This document shows, piece after piece, positions 45,950 through 55,677 of a stretch of 64,000 bases of DNA. The position numbers were made by a program, and so were the translations under genes. The notes beneath the pieces were generated by a model that saw only the letters and a list, made by a program, of their open reading frames with translations, was not told where the DNA came from and searched no databases. The DNA lies in NCBI GenBank assembly GCA_000004985.1, contig GG738848.1; one strand, 5' to 3'. How positions within the stretch are numbered: position 1 is the stretch's first letter; each line of letters begins with the position of its first letter. This DNA is from Naegleria gruberi (Eukaryota).

Positions 45950-46350
45950 ATTGATTATTTTATCAGATTGATCGCTTGATATTTTTACAAGTTTAGATAA
46001 ACAAAACGAATGTATTAATTATTTTGTTTTTTTGTGTTTTGAAATTGATTTTTGGTTTTGAATCGTTTGGAATTAAAGGTGAAAATTTGTGCTATGAATT
46101 TGTACGCGCATGATTAAGGATTTGCAACTTGTTGTTTCATATGGTTGCGAACAATGTTAGTGCGTACAAATTTAATGGACCTCGTAATAAATATATCGAA
46201 ATGTTTTACATTCTCCACATGCTCTGTATTCATAATGTTCCTGATCTGAATTTAAAATTAACAAAGAAATGCCAGTTAATATTGTAAAGTATTTAAGTTT
46301 GAAATTTACACACAAAACCTTGTCAATGTTCAATTGGCAATCAGAATAAA

Positions 46351-46920
46351 ATGTCTCTATCATACTCTCCTTCTGCCGCTGGTCTAAACCACAAACGCTT
46401 CACTCCCGATAATCCACTCATCATTGTTAGGAGGGTCAGAGCACCAACTGATGATCGGCCCAATATCAATGCTCAATTGGCTCCAATATTTGGACCTCTA
46501 GGAGTTTCTCCAAGAAGGGTAGGAGATCAATTGGCAAAATTTGTAAAATCTTTGAATTGGACAGCCAAGCACATCCGTGTTCGATTCATAATTAAAACAT
46601 TTTCACAATTAGATTTGGAATTGGCAGAACATTCACCACTGACGATTATTTCGAATTTAGCAGAGCCTCAACAAGTAGCTTTGGGAACTTATGCAATTCA
46701 TGATGGAAATTTAACGTTTGATCAAGTGATTCAAATTGCACAGAGTAAAAAACCAAGTAAGACTGCAAGAAATTTGACAGCAAAAGTGAAGGAAGTTTTG
46801 GGAACTTGTGTGAGTATTGGATGTACAGTGAATGGAGAGGAGCCACGAATGGTCTTGATGCAAATCAATAATGGAAGTACTGCCTATCAAATTCCAGAAA
46901 GTAATAGCTCAGATAAATGA
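46351..46920 (+). CDS. Divergent ribosomal protein uL11 (eukaryotic RPL12)-like paralog
   Basis: The 189-aa ORF aligns along its whole length with my recollection of RPL12. [22 protein letters not shown] compares with [35 protein letters not shown] compares with [33 protein letters not shown] compares with [20 protein letters not shown]. Elsewhere the sequence is much more divergent than a housekeeping RPL12 would be. Confidence 0.7.
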   Translation: [189 protein letters not shown]

Positions 46921-47123
46921 GAAAATCAAAATACTACAACTTTAATTGAGCTTTCGAATTTTTAAACATAAGAATTGATAATTCCTAAATTATTTACTAA
47001 CTAACGCCAGTACCCAGAAATATCTCAGTAGTTACTATTAGAATTCTTAGTGTTCTTTATTTTTGAAAAATTTTTATCAAGATGAACTTGGGAAAACAAG
47101 TTCAAAAATACTAAGAGAAAAAA

Positions 47124-48113
47124 ATGGCGCAACATCATTTGGTGGTTCTTATTCATGGATTGCAAGGTAATACAGGCCATATGAAGTTTATGGAGGATCG
47201 GTTCAAAAAATTGAATCAAGAGGAAGAGTATCGGGAGGAAAATTATATAGTTTTTAATATGAAAGCAAATGACGATAAGGATACTTGGTCAAATAATTGG
47301 AGTAAAACAGGTGATGGTATTCAGAATGGAGGGGATCGATTGATTTCCGAATTAAAGGAAAGAATTGAGGGAAAGGTGGATGAGTTTGATGAAAAAGTTG
47401 AACACAAGATTTCATTTGTTGGTTCTTCTTTGGGAGGATTGTACTGTAGATATGTAATGGGTTCATTGTTTGATAATGAAAAAGAAAAGATTGTTGTTCA
47501 GCTAAAGGAGAAGTGTTTTATTTTCCAATTGGAAAATTATGTAGCCATGGCATCTCCTCTCATTTCTGTCAGATGCCTTGTGAGCACATTCTTTCACTAT
47601 GGAATGAAAGCATTTTTTTATAAGGGAACGGGAAATGAAATGCTGTTGGATGATTCTAATCAATCAGAGGAAGCAATGATTTGTAAATTAGCCTCCCCAA
47701 AACTCAATTATTATCAGGCATTGAAATCATGTAAGAGGAGAATTGCTCTCTGCAGTTGTAAAAAGGATGAAACGAAAGTGGCCTATCAGTCTTCTGCCAT
47801 AGCCCCATACAGAGATATTTCAGATAATCAGACAGATAAGAGTAAGCCTCTACCTCATTTAAAATCCAAACTAGTTAAAAGTGTATGTTATGATGAAGAA
47901 GGAGCTTTCATTGAGGATTTAAAAAACGTAGACAAGTCACGATTCTATTTCAATGGCGATTCAAAGGCAACATGGATTGCGAAACTGATTTCAAACTTAA
48001 GACAAATGAGCTGGATGAGAGCAGATGTAGATTTGTATCATGCACAAGCAGCTATCGTGAATGAAAACAGATCAGAAATAGCAGATCTTGTCCTTAAATT
48101 ATGGACTTTATAG
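47124..48113 (+). CDS. Putative serine esterase/lipase (DUF676-like alpha/beta hydrolase)
   Basis: HLVVLIHGLQGNTGHM is followed by the nucleophile elbow FVGSSLGGLY (GxSxG). Confidence 0.75.
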   Translation: MAQHHLVVLIHGLQGNTGHMKFMEDRFKKLNQEEEYREENYIVFNMKANDDKDTWSNNWSKTGDGIQNGGDRLISELKERIEGKVDEFDEKVEHKISFVGSSLGGLYCRYVMGSLFDNEKEKIVVQLKEKCFIFQLENYVAMASPLISVRCLVSTFFHYGMKAFFYKGTGNEMLLDDSNQSEEAMICKLASPKLNYYQALKSCKRRIALCSCKKDETKVAYQSSAIAPYRDISDNQTDKSKPLPHLKSKLVKSVCYDEEGAFIEDLKNVDKSRFYFNGDSKATWIAKLISNLRQMSWMRADVDLYHAQAAIVNENRSEIADLVLKLWTL

Positions 48114-48225
48114 CATCACTGAATACAGCCTGAGAACATATTCCAAAATCTCAATTTCATTGCTTTTAAATTTGACATGATTGTCCTCTTATTCCTTCTA
48201 TTTTCGTGCAGAAAAGGGCAAAAGT

Positions 48226-48298
48226 TGGGGTCTGTGAGGATCGAACTCACGACCTTAGGATTATGAGACCTACGCGCTACCGACTGCGCCAAGACCCC
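48226..48298 (-). tRNA. tRNA-Met, elongator type (anticodon CAT), copy 2 of 3
   Basis: The 73 nt are identical to the copies at 23003..23075 and 51541..51613. Confidence 0.92.
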
Positions 48299-48447
48299 GA
48301 CACATTATATACCTATTACAGTTTCTTCATTAACCTTAACTGAGTTCCTAGGTTTACCTAATAGGAACAGTTTTATGAATATTGACAATTAATGTATGAA
48401 TTGGGTTGATATTTCAATAATGTGATATGATTTATAATAAACTTTTG

Positions 48448-49272
48448 TTAAACAATTAATCCACACATGGCAACAATTGCAATTACAATCAAAGACAATG
48501 AAAATGAACCAGTTGTTGAATTTTGTCTTCCAGTGGATGTAGAACCAGCTCCAATACTAACACTTCCACCACCAATGACTTCAGTATCCAAGTATTTACC
48601 TTTTACAAAAATATATACTGAACTCTTGCTTGTTTGAGAGTTGAGTGATAATCCAGAGAATGTAACCTTTCCATCAGTCAATTGTCTAGTACTAACTCCA
48701 TTCAATGTAACACTAGAATCATCTAAACTCAAAGTGACTGGCATTGAATAATTCACATTCGAAAAGGTAACATCAAGTGAGAACACTTCTCCAGAATTAA
48801 ACGAAACCTTTGGCAATTTGGCAGTCAAATAGTGATCTGGTGAGCAACTCTGAGTAATTGCATATCTTGCCATACAACCTCCATCAGTTCCACAAGAGAT
48901 CACCAAAAACAACTTATTATATGGAGAAATACTTGCAGACTTGGCATCTAATCCTGAACAAGCCACTGGAAACATGGTTGAGTAAACAGAAGAAGCACTC
49001 TTACCAGAGACATACTTGTTATATTCAACTTCAGAGTAGGTATCATAGTAGAATGAGCTGTTTTGTTGTGGAGAATCGATGTATAAATTTAATCTTTCAA
49101 AGTGACTTCCTGCACTACATGTCAAATTTCTGACATGAGCTTGATATTGTTTTAATGGAACTGGACATTGAGAGTTGCCAGAGCAAAGACATTTATCACA
49201 GCTGCAGGCGTTAGAGTTGTGGATAGTAAAAAGGAGAGCAATGAGAGCAAGTAAAAGAATGACAGCTTTCAT
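48448..49272 (-). CDS. Secreted or GPI-anchored/TM-anchored hypothetical protein
   Basis: The ORF starts at TTG 49299, and the first ATG is at 49272. The signal peptide is MKAVILLLALIALLFTIHNSNA. A Cys-rich N-terminus follows. The C-terminus is a Ser/Thr/Gly-rich stalk followed by a hydrophobic tail (FSLSLIVIAIVAMCGLIV). Confidence 0.6.
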   Translation of the reverse strand: MKAVILLLALIALLFTIHNSNACSCDKCLCSGNSQCPVPLKQYQAHVRNLTCSAGSHFERLNLYIDSPQQNSSFYYDTYSEVEYNKYVSGKSASSVYSTMFPVACSGLDAKSASISPYNKLFLVISCGTDGGCMARYAITQSCSPDHYLTAKLPKVSFNSGEVFSLDVTFSNVNYSMPVTLSLDDSSVTLNGVSTRQLTDGKVTFSGLSLNSQTSKSSVYIFVKGKYLDTEVIGGGSVSIGAGSTSTGRQNSTTGSFSLSLIVIAIVAMCGLIV

Positions 49273-49761
49273 ATTTTTTTTGAATGAATTAAATGTCAAA
49301 ATGCCTGAGAGTCACATTTCAATATGATGCAATTATTCTTGAAAAGGTAAACGCTCTTTTTTGAGTATTTGCAAAGAATTTTGTGAATGAATCTCATTTG
49401 TAAACTTTGTATCTACAGTTTCGAATAAAAATAATATGACCTGGTTCCTATTAGAACATTAACTTGCTTTCGTTTTGAACTTTCTTCATCAATTCAAAGC
49501 TTCTTGATGTTTACATCTTCTATCGAATAAAAATAAAAACTCTTCTGAAATTCAACACAATATTTTTCTTTACAATTAGAAATAATTGATAAGAATCGGG
49601 AAGGAATGTTATTATTTTGAAATTGATTGCATTGGAAACAATTAAATCACCGCACTGAATAATGAAATATTTAAACGGACTATTTTTAAAATAAATTTTT
49701 AAAATTAAAAAAAATAGATAACACCCAACACTTTTGATAACTGACACATTTTTACATCATC

Positions 49762-51381
49762 ATGATGAAATTACACCGAAGACATAATTCTTCCACCATC
49801 AACCTAGAACAACTAAGTCAAACTTACGAATTTCCATTTGAAGCTATTTTTGATGTTCCGGAAGCTAAAGAGGAATTTAGATTATATCTCAAAAAAGAAC
49901 ACAATGAAGAACCATTTATGTTTTTTGAAGATGTTGAAGAATTTAAAAGATTGAAATTTGAAGAAAACAAAACTAAAAAGGCAATCACAATTTTAAAAAC
50001 CTACATTTTACCAAATAGTCAACACGAAATTAATATTTCAAGTCAACAAAGACAATCAATTATTGAAGAATTTGAGAAGGTTTCACAATTGTTGAATGAT
50101 AAGCATTTATTGGTTAATGAAGGTATTTATGATGAGGTTCAAACAAGTGTATTCTATAGTTTGAAGAATGACAATTATCCAAGATTTACCTCATCGACAC
50201 ATTTCAAGAATTTCATCAAGCACAAGGATGCTGCATTTATTTCATCAATTGCAGTTAAAAAATCAACCAAATATATGGAATATATTCCTAAATTTGATGG
50301 ATTAGTTACAGATAGAGATATTACATTCTTTTCATTTATGAGTTTCAATTTTGATATGGATGTTTGGGATGAAGTTAATATTGGTATGTTTTATGAACGA
50401 ATTATTATGATTGAAATTATTAAAATGTGATAATTAGCAAAGGGTGGTAAGAGAGCTTGTTACATGTCTAAAAAGGAATTCCATTTCAATGATAAATCAA
50501 TTGAATCATTGACTGAACATAATCATTTCCAAAAAGAGAATGGAAAGTTGTTAAAGCAAGTATTTATTTTGCCATGTACTAAGGAAGAAGCCTTTACAGT
50601 GTTTTCACATACCCATCTAAGAAAGGAAATTATGGGACTTGAAGGCATTAATCAAATAGATTTTATACCAATTTCACCTCAAAACAAGTATGCCCATTCG
50701 ATTACTCATTTACAAATTAATATGAAAGGATTTTCATGGATTTTAAAACCTAGAGATGCTGTCGTTGCCTTGACATCTGTTGTTGATACAAAGAGAGGTT
50801 GCTATTCCCTCATGTTGAAATCAACGGAATCAACCCAAATGCCTGAAAAGAAAACTCATGTAAGAGCTCAAATGTTGACCAGTGGATTTTTTACAGATTG
50901 TTCTCCAACGGATGAAATCATCTCATACAAGGAACAAAAGAAGAGATTAAGGTCTCCTCAAGCTGAATCATCCCAGAAAAATAATGCTAGCTCTTCATCA
51001 CTTTCTAGACATAGCTCTTCATCACTCTCTAGACATAGCTCAACATCAGAAGAAGACGAAACCGAAAGTGAAGAATCATTTGGAAATGTTGAACATGCAT
51101 GCAAATTGATTTTGGTTTCTTATATTGATCTCAAAACTTTACAATCAGATTTTATTAGAAAGAAAGTTATTAGTGCTAAAAACAAACATTGCTATACCAA
51201 TTTCCTCTCAGCAATTCAAGAACAACGCCAATATGGGTTTAAGAGACCTAAATTCTCTGAGGGTCTACTAGAAACTCTTGATGCATTTAAATCGACTTAC
51301 TTGATAGATACACATGCTGAAATAACTTGGAATATGGAAGAAGAAGATGCTGAATCTTCTATGCACGAATTGATACACTGA
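49762..51381 (+). CDS. RGS domain - START-like lipid-binding domain fusion protein
   Basis: Exons 49762..50383 and 50438..51381. The intron 50384..50437 is 54 nt (GTATGT..TAG), with phase 1 preserved. The RGS segment is FEAIFDVPEAKEEFRLYLKKEHNEEPFMFFEDVEEFKRL ... YPRFTSS. START-like blocks are LKPRDAVVALTSVVD, THVRAQMLTSGFF and LILVSYIDLK. Confidence 0.7.
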
Positions 51382-51540
51382 GATGGCTCTTGTTAAAAAT
51401 AAATAGTAAAAGAATACATTCCTTTATTAAGTTTACAGTAGAGGTTCATGATTGAAATATCACAAGTACACCGTTGTTGTTTCAAGGTTAATTTCGATAT
51501 TAAGGTTAATGGAGAAACTGGAAAAGGTATATAATGTGTC

Positions 51541-51613
51541 GGGGTCTTGGCGCAGTCGGTAGCGCGTAGGTCTCATAATCCTAAGGTCGTGAGTTCGATC
51601 CTCACAGACCCCA
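51541..51613 (+). tRNA. tRNA-Met, elongator type (anticodon CAT), copy 3 of 3
   Basis: The sequence is ggggtcttggcgcagtcggtagcgcgtaggtctCATaatcctaaggtcgtgagttcgatcctcacagacccca. A T-run terminator follows immediately (tctttttt). Confidence 0.93.
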
Positions 51614-51937
51614 TCTTTTTTGCATCCTTTAATTTCCAACAATGAGTGGACAATAAGTCCATAATTACACAACTTTCAGGATAATCCTTAAAACATCAAC
51701 TTCAATCAGTGAAATATGTTAATAACCCTTAGGTCAACCTTGATGTATTTCTAAAACTGTCACTTCACTTTAGCATAGTACTTTTTAATGTATTTTGCGT
51801 TAAAATGAGGCGCAAGTGCAGATAGGAACACTATCTCAATCCCTCTTTCAACTCTTCTGCAAAATGAAATCTTGGGTTTAGTGATTTTCCAAAAACAAAT
51901 AGACGGATATGTCAGAAATTTGTTATTAATAATGTTA

Positions 51938-52009
51938 GGGACCATGGTCTAGTGGTATGATTTTTGCTTTGGGTGCGAGAGGCCGTGGGTTCGATTCCCA
52001 CTGGTCCCC
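51938..52009 (+). tRNA. tRNA-Pro (anticodon TGG)
   Basis: Acceptor stem gggacca/tggtccc, anticodon loop ttTGGgt, T loop gggttcgattccc. The sequence is close to canonical eukaryotic tRNA-Pro. Confidence 0.9.
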
Positions 52010-52102
52010 TTATCTTTTGTTTTAAAAGAAATCATTAAGGTACAGTTTTGCAAACCTCAGTAATATTTTTAGAACATTTCAATTCCAAAATTGTAAAATG
52101 TC

Positions 52103-52174
52103 TAGCAAATCTAGGTTTCGATCCTAGGACCTATGGGTTATGAGCCCATCGCGCTTCCGCTGCGCCAATTTGCT
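52103..52174 (-). tRNA. Initiator tRNA-Met (anticodon CAT)
   Basis: The reverse complement is agcaaattggcgcagcggaagcgcgatgggctCATaacccataggtcctaggatcgaaacctagatttgcta. It has an A1:U72 pair, three G:C pairs closing the anticodon stem, and an A-rich T loop (GATCGAAAC). These are all eukaryotic initiator hallmarks. Confidence 0.9.
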
Positions 52175-52332
52175 TTGCATTTCTTTTCTTAAAGTTTTTA
52201 TTCTAATTGATATTGGCCAAGTGATGAAAGTGAATTGAGGCAACATTAGCTTTTCACTTTGCAAAGATAAAATTTATTCAAGATTGGAAGAGAAATTTGT
52301 GGAATTATTCTATGAAGGAATTACAGTATTAT

Positions 52333-52971
52333 TTATTGTTGTCCTGAAACAGCTTTCCATGAAGGTCTTGATGAAATCTTTTCCCACCAAGCTTTAACAA
52401 GTGGACGATCCAACAATAAATTACCCAATCCAATAGCGAACAACAAGTTTCCATATGGTAAGTGATACAAATCGGCTAAGGTGAATTGATTTCCACCAAT
52501 GAATTCTTGTTTAGCCAACACTTTTTCATAGGCATCCAAATTGAGTGCTAACTTTTCACTCAATTGTTTGACACGAGCTTCATCAGCAGCTCCATATCCC
52601 ATCATTCCCTTAAATAACTTTTCGAAAACTAAACCAGAAGCATTTGAATCAAAGTAAGCAGTTTCAATGGAAGCACCTTGTTCGAATAGACCCAAAGCTT
52701 TGAGCTCAGTTGGAATGAGTTCAGTTCCTTGGCTCTTATGTTTGGCTTCCAAGTAACGACAGATAGCACGAGATTCATAAATCAAGAACCCATCATCTTC
52801 CAAGACTGGAATGACACCAAATGGATGCTTTTCCAAGTAGGATGGTGACTTGTGTTCTCCCTTCATTAAATCAACAGGAACAAGTTCATATTCTAAACCT
52901 TTCTCCTTGATTGTGGTCAAAACACGTTGAACGCAAGTTGATTGAGCAGCACCATAAATTTTGTAGACCAT
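52333..52971 (-). CDS. Glutathione S-transferase
   Basis: The computed ORF extends to 53052, but a plausible ATG at 52971 gives MVYKIYGAAQSTCVQRVLTT. The GST N-terminal domain includes HPFGVIPVLEDDGFLIYESRAICRYL, and the C-terminal domain includes LADLYHLPY. Confidence 0.88.
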   Translation of the reverse strand: MVYKIYGAAQSTCVQRVLTTIKEKGLEYELVPVDLMKGEHKSPSYLEKHPFGVIPVLEDDGFLIYESRAICRYLEAKHKSQGTELIPTELKALGLFEQGASIETAYFDSNASGLVFEKLFKGMMGYGAADEARVKQLSEKLALNLDAYEKVLAKQEFIGGNQFTLADLYHLPYGNLLFAIGLGNLLLDRPLVKAWWEKISSRPSWKAVSGQQ

Positions 52972-53307
52972 TTTGTTATTTGTTATTTGTAATAATACAG
53001 TAAAGTTGTTTTTTTGTGATTGAAAATGCATAATCATTAGTGTGAATGCCATTTATGGTGGATTCTGTATCCGAAACCAAAGCGCTGTCGTGAGCACTAA
53101 TTATTGATCTGTGGAATTTGCGCAAGAAATGAGTGCCATTTCATCCTCTTGGATACTTCAAAATCATGTGAGAGAATGATATTTGTACAATTTTAAATAT
53201 TAAGAATACGAATCAACGGATTGAGTAATAGCATACACCCATTTCCTTAAATTCTAAAACATGTACTGGAATAAATGATTTATCTTACTTATTTCAAAGC
53301 AGTTGAT

Positions 53308-53425
53308 GGCTACGGCCATATCACGATGAATGCACCTCATCCCGTCCGATTTGAGAAGTTAAGCATCGTCGAGCCACATCAGTACTGAGGTTGGAGACAA
53401 CTTGGGAACCTGTGGTGCTGTAGTC
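53308..53425 (+). rRNA. 5S ribosomal RNA
   Basis: ggctacggccatatcac...gaagttaagc...agtactgagg...gggaacc..gtgctgtagtc matches the 5S consensus. Helix I pairs GGCUACGGC with GCUGUAGUC. A TTTT terminator follows at 53426. The ends are accurate to about 2 nt. Confidence 0.9.
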
Positions 53426-53707
53426 TTTTGTCACTTATTTGTTTTATTCATTAGTTTAAAGTTGCCACCTTAATTGAAAGTCTAGTTTGCTTCTCACATT
53501 CTTTCCAATATTCCAAACACCTTCTTTGGATTCAATCATTGACTGAACTGCTCCATCATAAAAATGATTTATTAAGATTCGCTACATGTTCAATATCAAT
53601 AGTTGAACAAGGCATTAAAATTTATTAAAATACCACAAACATTTTGTCATTCTTCACTCCACAACCAACAGAATAAATACTGTGTGCCTTATGCAATTCT
53701 CAAAACC

Positions 53708-53895
53708 ATCTTTCTCGGCCAATTGGCTTTGATCGAGTGTAGTATCTGTTCTTTTCAGTTTAATAGCTGAAAGCAGCTCACGGGTTGCATCTACTATTAA
53801 CTCAATTTTTTGTAGGGATCAGGGTTTGAGCTTAATTGCTCACTTTGATTTGGTTTCAATCAGACATTGCACAAACCGTCAGATTAGGAGCCACC
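53708..53895 (+). ncRNA. U2 spliceosomal snRNA
   Basis: The 5' part atctttctcggccaattggctttgatcgagtgtagtatctgttcttttcagtttaatagctgaaag matches conserved U2, including the branch-point recognition GUGUAGUA. The Sm site is AAUUUUUUG at about 53803. The 3' end is approximate. Confidence 0.85.
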
Positions 53896-54290
53896 TAACT
53901 CTTTTAATTAATTGAAAATCATTGTTCAAATACAATCTCAATGAGTTTTTCCGAGCATGTATGATGATAAATTAAACATGATGAGAGAGACTCACAACAG
54001 TCCATCAACCACTTAAGCAAGATGAAGTTTAGGAAGTCCAACACAAGAAATTGATGTTTTGGGTTTGTGTGAAAATAAACTACTATATATTATAGTTGTA
54101 AATTGCCAAGCCGTTTCAGCAATTTTTTAAAAAGGTAACACGTGGTTCTCATCATCATTTTTAATATTCTTGATGAATACTCAATATTATTGGACAATCT
54201 TTTCAGAATAGATAATAGACATGTTGGAGAGGATAATGATATAAAATAAGTAACATGGCATAAAAAGTTGAGTGATAAAGAAGCAAAAGT

Positions 54291-54371
54291 TGCAGAAGGT
54301 GGGATTTGAACCCACGAAGCTTGCGCAGTAGAACTTGAGTCTACCCCCTTTGACCACTCGGGAACCCCTGC
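54291..54371 (-). tRNA. tRNA-Leu (anticodon CAA), class II with long variable arm, no intron
   Basis: The reverse complement is gcaggggttcccgagtggtcaaagggggtagactCAAgttctactgcgcaagcttcgtgggttcaaatcccaccttctgca. Confidence 0.88.
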
Positions 54372-54955
54372 TTCATGTCATTGAACTAAATGTTGGTAAT
54401 ATATAATACTACCATCATTACTGAGCTCGTTCGTATTGTTTTGGAGTTAGATTTCTCTAGACCTTGTTATGACTTTTTCAGCCCTCTAATGACCTAATAA
54501 TACACTAAATCCAGAACGGAATCTATTCGGATAATGAATCTTTCTTTTGATTCAATCGCAAATACAGACAATTTCACATCTAATGCAATAATTTTGCTCC
54601 TTTATCATGAATGAATAGTGCAAGAATTCTTCATCTGTTCTAACAATAACTCCACTCAAAATAAAATTCTCAAAATTTAAACACATTACGACGGATCATT
54701 TACATTAAATTCTTGTTGATTAATACTACTTGAATTGTGGTTACTACTACTTGGAAGTACAAACAATTTCATTGACTTTCAAATTGGATTTGTTTTGCAT
54801 TTTTTTGAACCAGAAAATTATCAACAAAATATTAACAACGATATCTCCTTGTTAATGAAAGATTTTTAACATCTTTCCAAATAATAAGAATAATAATTTA
54901 ATAATTTTTTTGAATTTATTGTGGTGCACCCATACCGTATGGTAGAGTGAAACAT

Positions 54956-55384
54956 TTATCTGTATGACTTTTGGAAACGAGCTCTAGCCTTACGACCACC
55001 GAACTTCTTTGGTTCTCTTCTTCTTGGATCAGCAACGAGGAGGGATCTATCGAATTCCAACAAAGCTTGCTTGATTTCTCTCTTTTGAGCTTCATCAACA
55101 TACTTTTGATAGTAAGAGACGAGACCCTTGCAGATAGCTTGTCTGATAGCATAGACTTGAGAAACCTTACCACCACCTCTGGTTCTGATTCTGATGTCAA
55201 CACCCTTGAATTTATCCTTACCCAACAAGAGAACAGGTTCGAAAAGCTTGAATCTCAAGATTTCTGGTTGGATGTGTTCGAGTGGAGTACCGTTAACTTT
55301 GATGAGACCTTGACCCTTTCTACATTGGGCAACGGCAATAGCAGTCTTCTTCTTACCGAAGGTTTGAACGAGTTCAGCAGACAT
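54956..55384 (-). CDS. RPS16: 40S ribosomal protein S16 (uS9)
   Basis: 142-aa [30 protein letters not shown]...[15 protein letters not shown]...[25 protein letters not shown] is the canonical uS9 sequence. Confidence 0.96.
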   Translation of the reverse strand: MSAELVQTFGKKKTAIAVAQCRKGQGLIKVNGTPLEHIQPEILRFKLFEPVLLLGKDKFKGVDIRIRTRGGGKVSQVYAIRQAICKGLVSYYQKYVDEAQKREIKQALLEFDRSLLVADPRRREPKKFGGRKARARFQKSYR

Positions 55385-55677
55385 GGCGTTTAGTTATTTT
55401 TTTTCAACAAAATTTCCAAATTTTTGCGGTTTACCACTCACTGGTTGGTATTACAATAAAAATTTTGTACCTGCAAAAGCACCTTGTCCAGCTGCGACGA
55501 ACAATAATAAAAAGGCAACACGCTTGCCCTTTACCATCATAATTATTTAAAATTTAATGAATATGTTATCTTACTAACAACATTGTTATGCTCTGAAGGC
55601 TTATTCTTAATAGCTTCCAATATCCTTCTCATCAGTCGATATAGTGTCATCTAAATGTTTTTAATTAATTTAATTCT

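Noticed and set aside
51460-51945. ORFs 51460..51672 (-) and 51760..51945 (-)
   Set aside because: The first runs through the tRNA-Met gene on the opposite strand. The second abuts and overlaps the start of tRNA-Pro. Neither has the A-run ATG context or any recognisable motif.
53950-54000. ATGATGA motifs (gtatgatgataa..catgatgagag) that could be a C/D snoRNA C box
   Set aside because: No CTGA D box or terminal stem is found at an appropriate distance on either strand.
54916-55393. ORFs 54916..55203 (-) and 54971..55393 (+) overlapping RPS16
   Set aside because: They are alternative-frame or antisense readings of a highly conserved ribosomal protein gene. The uS9 frame is unambiguous.
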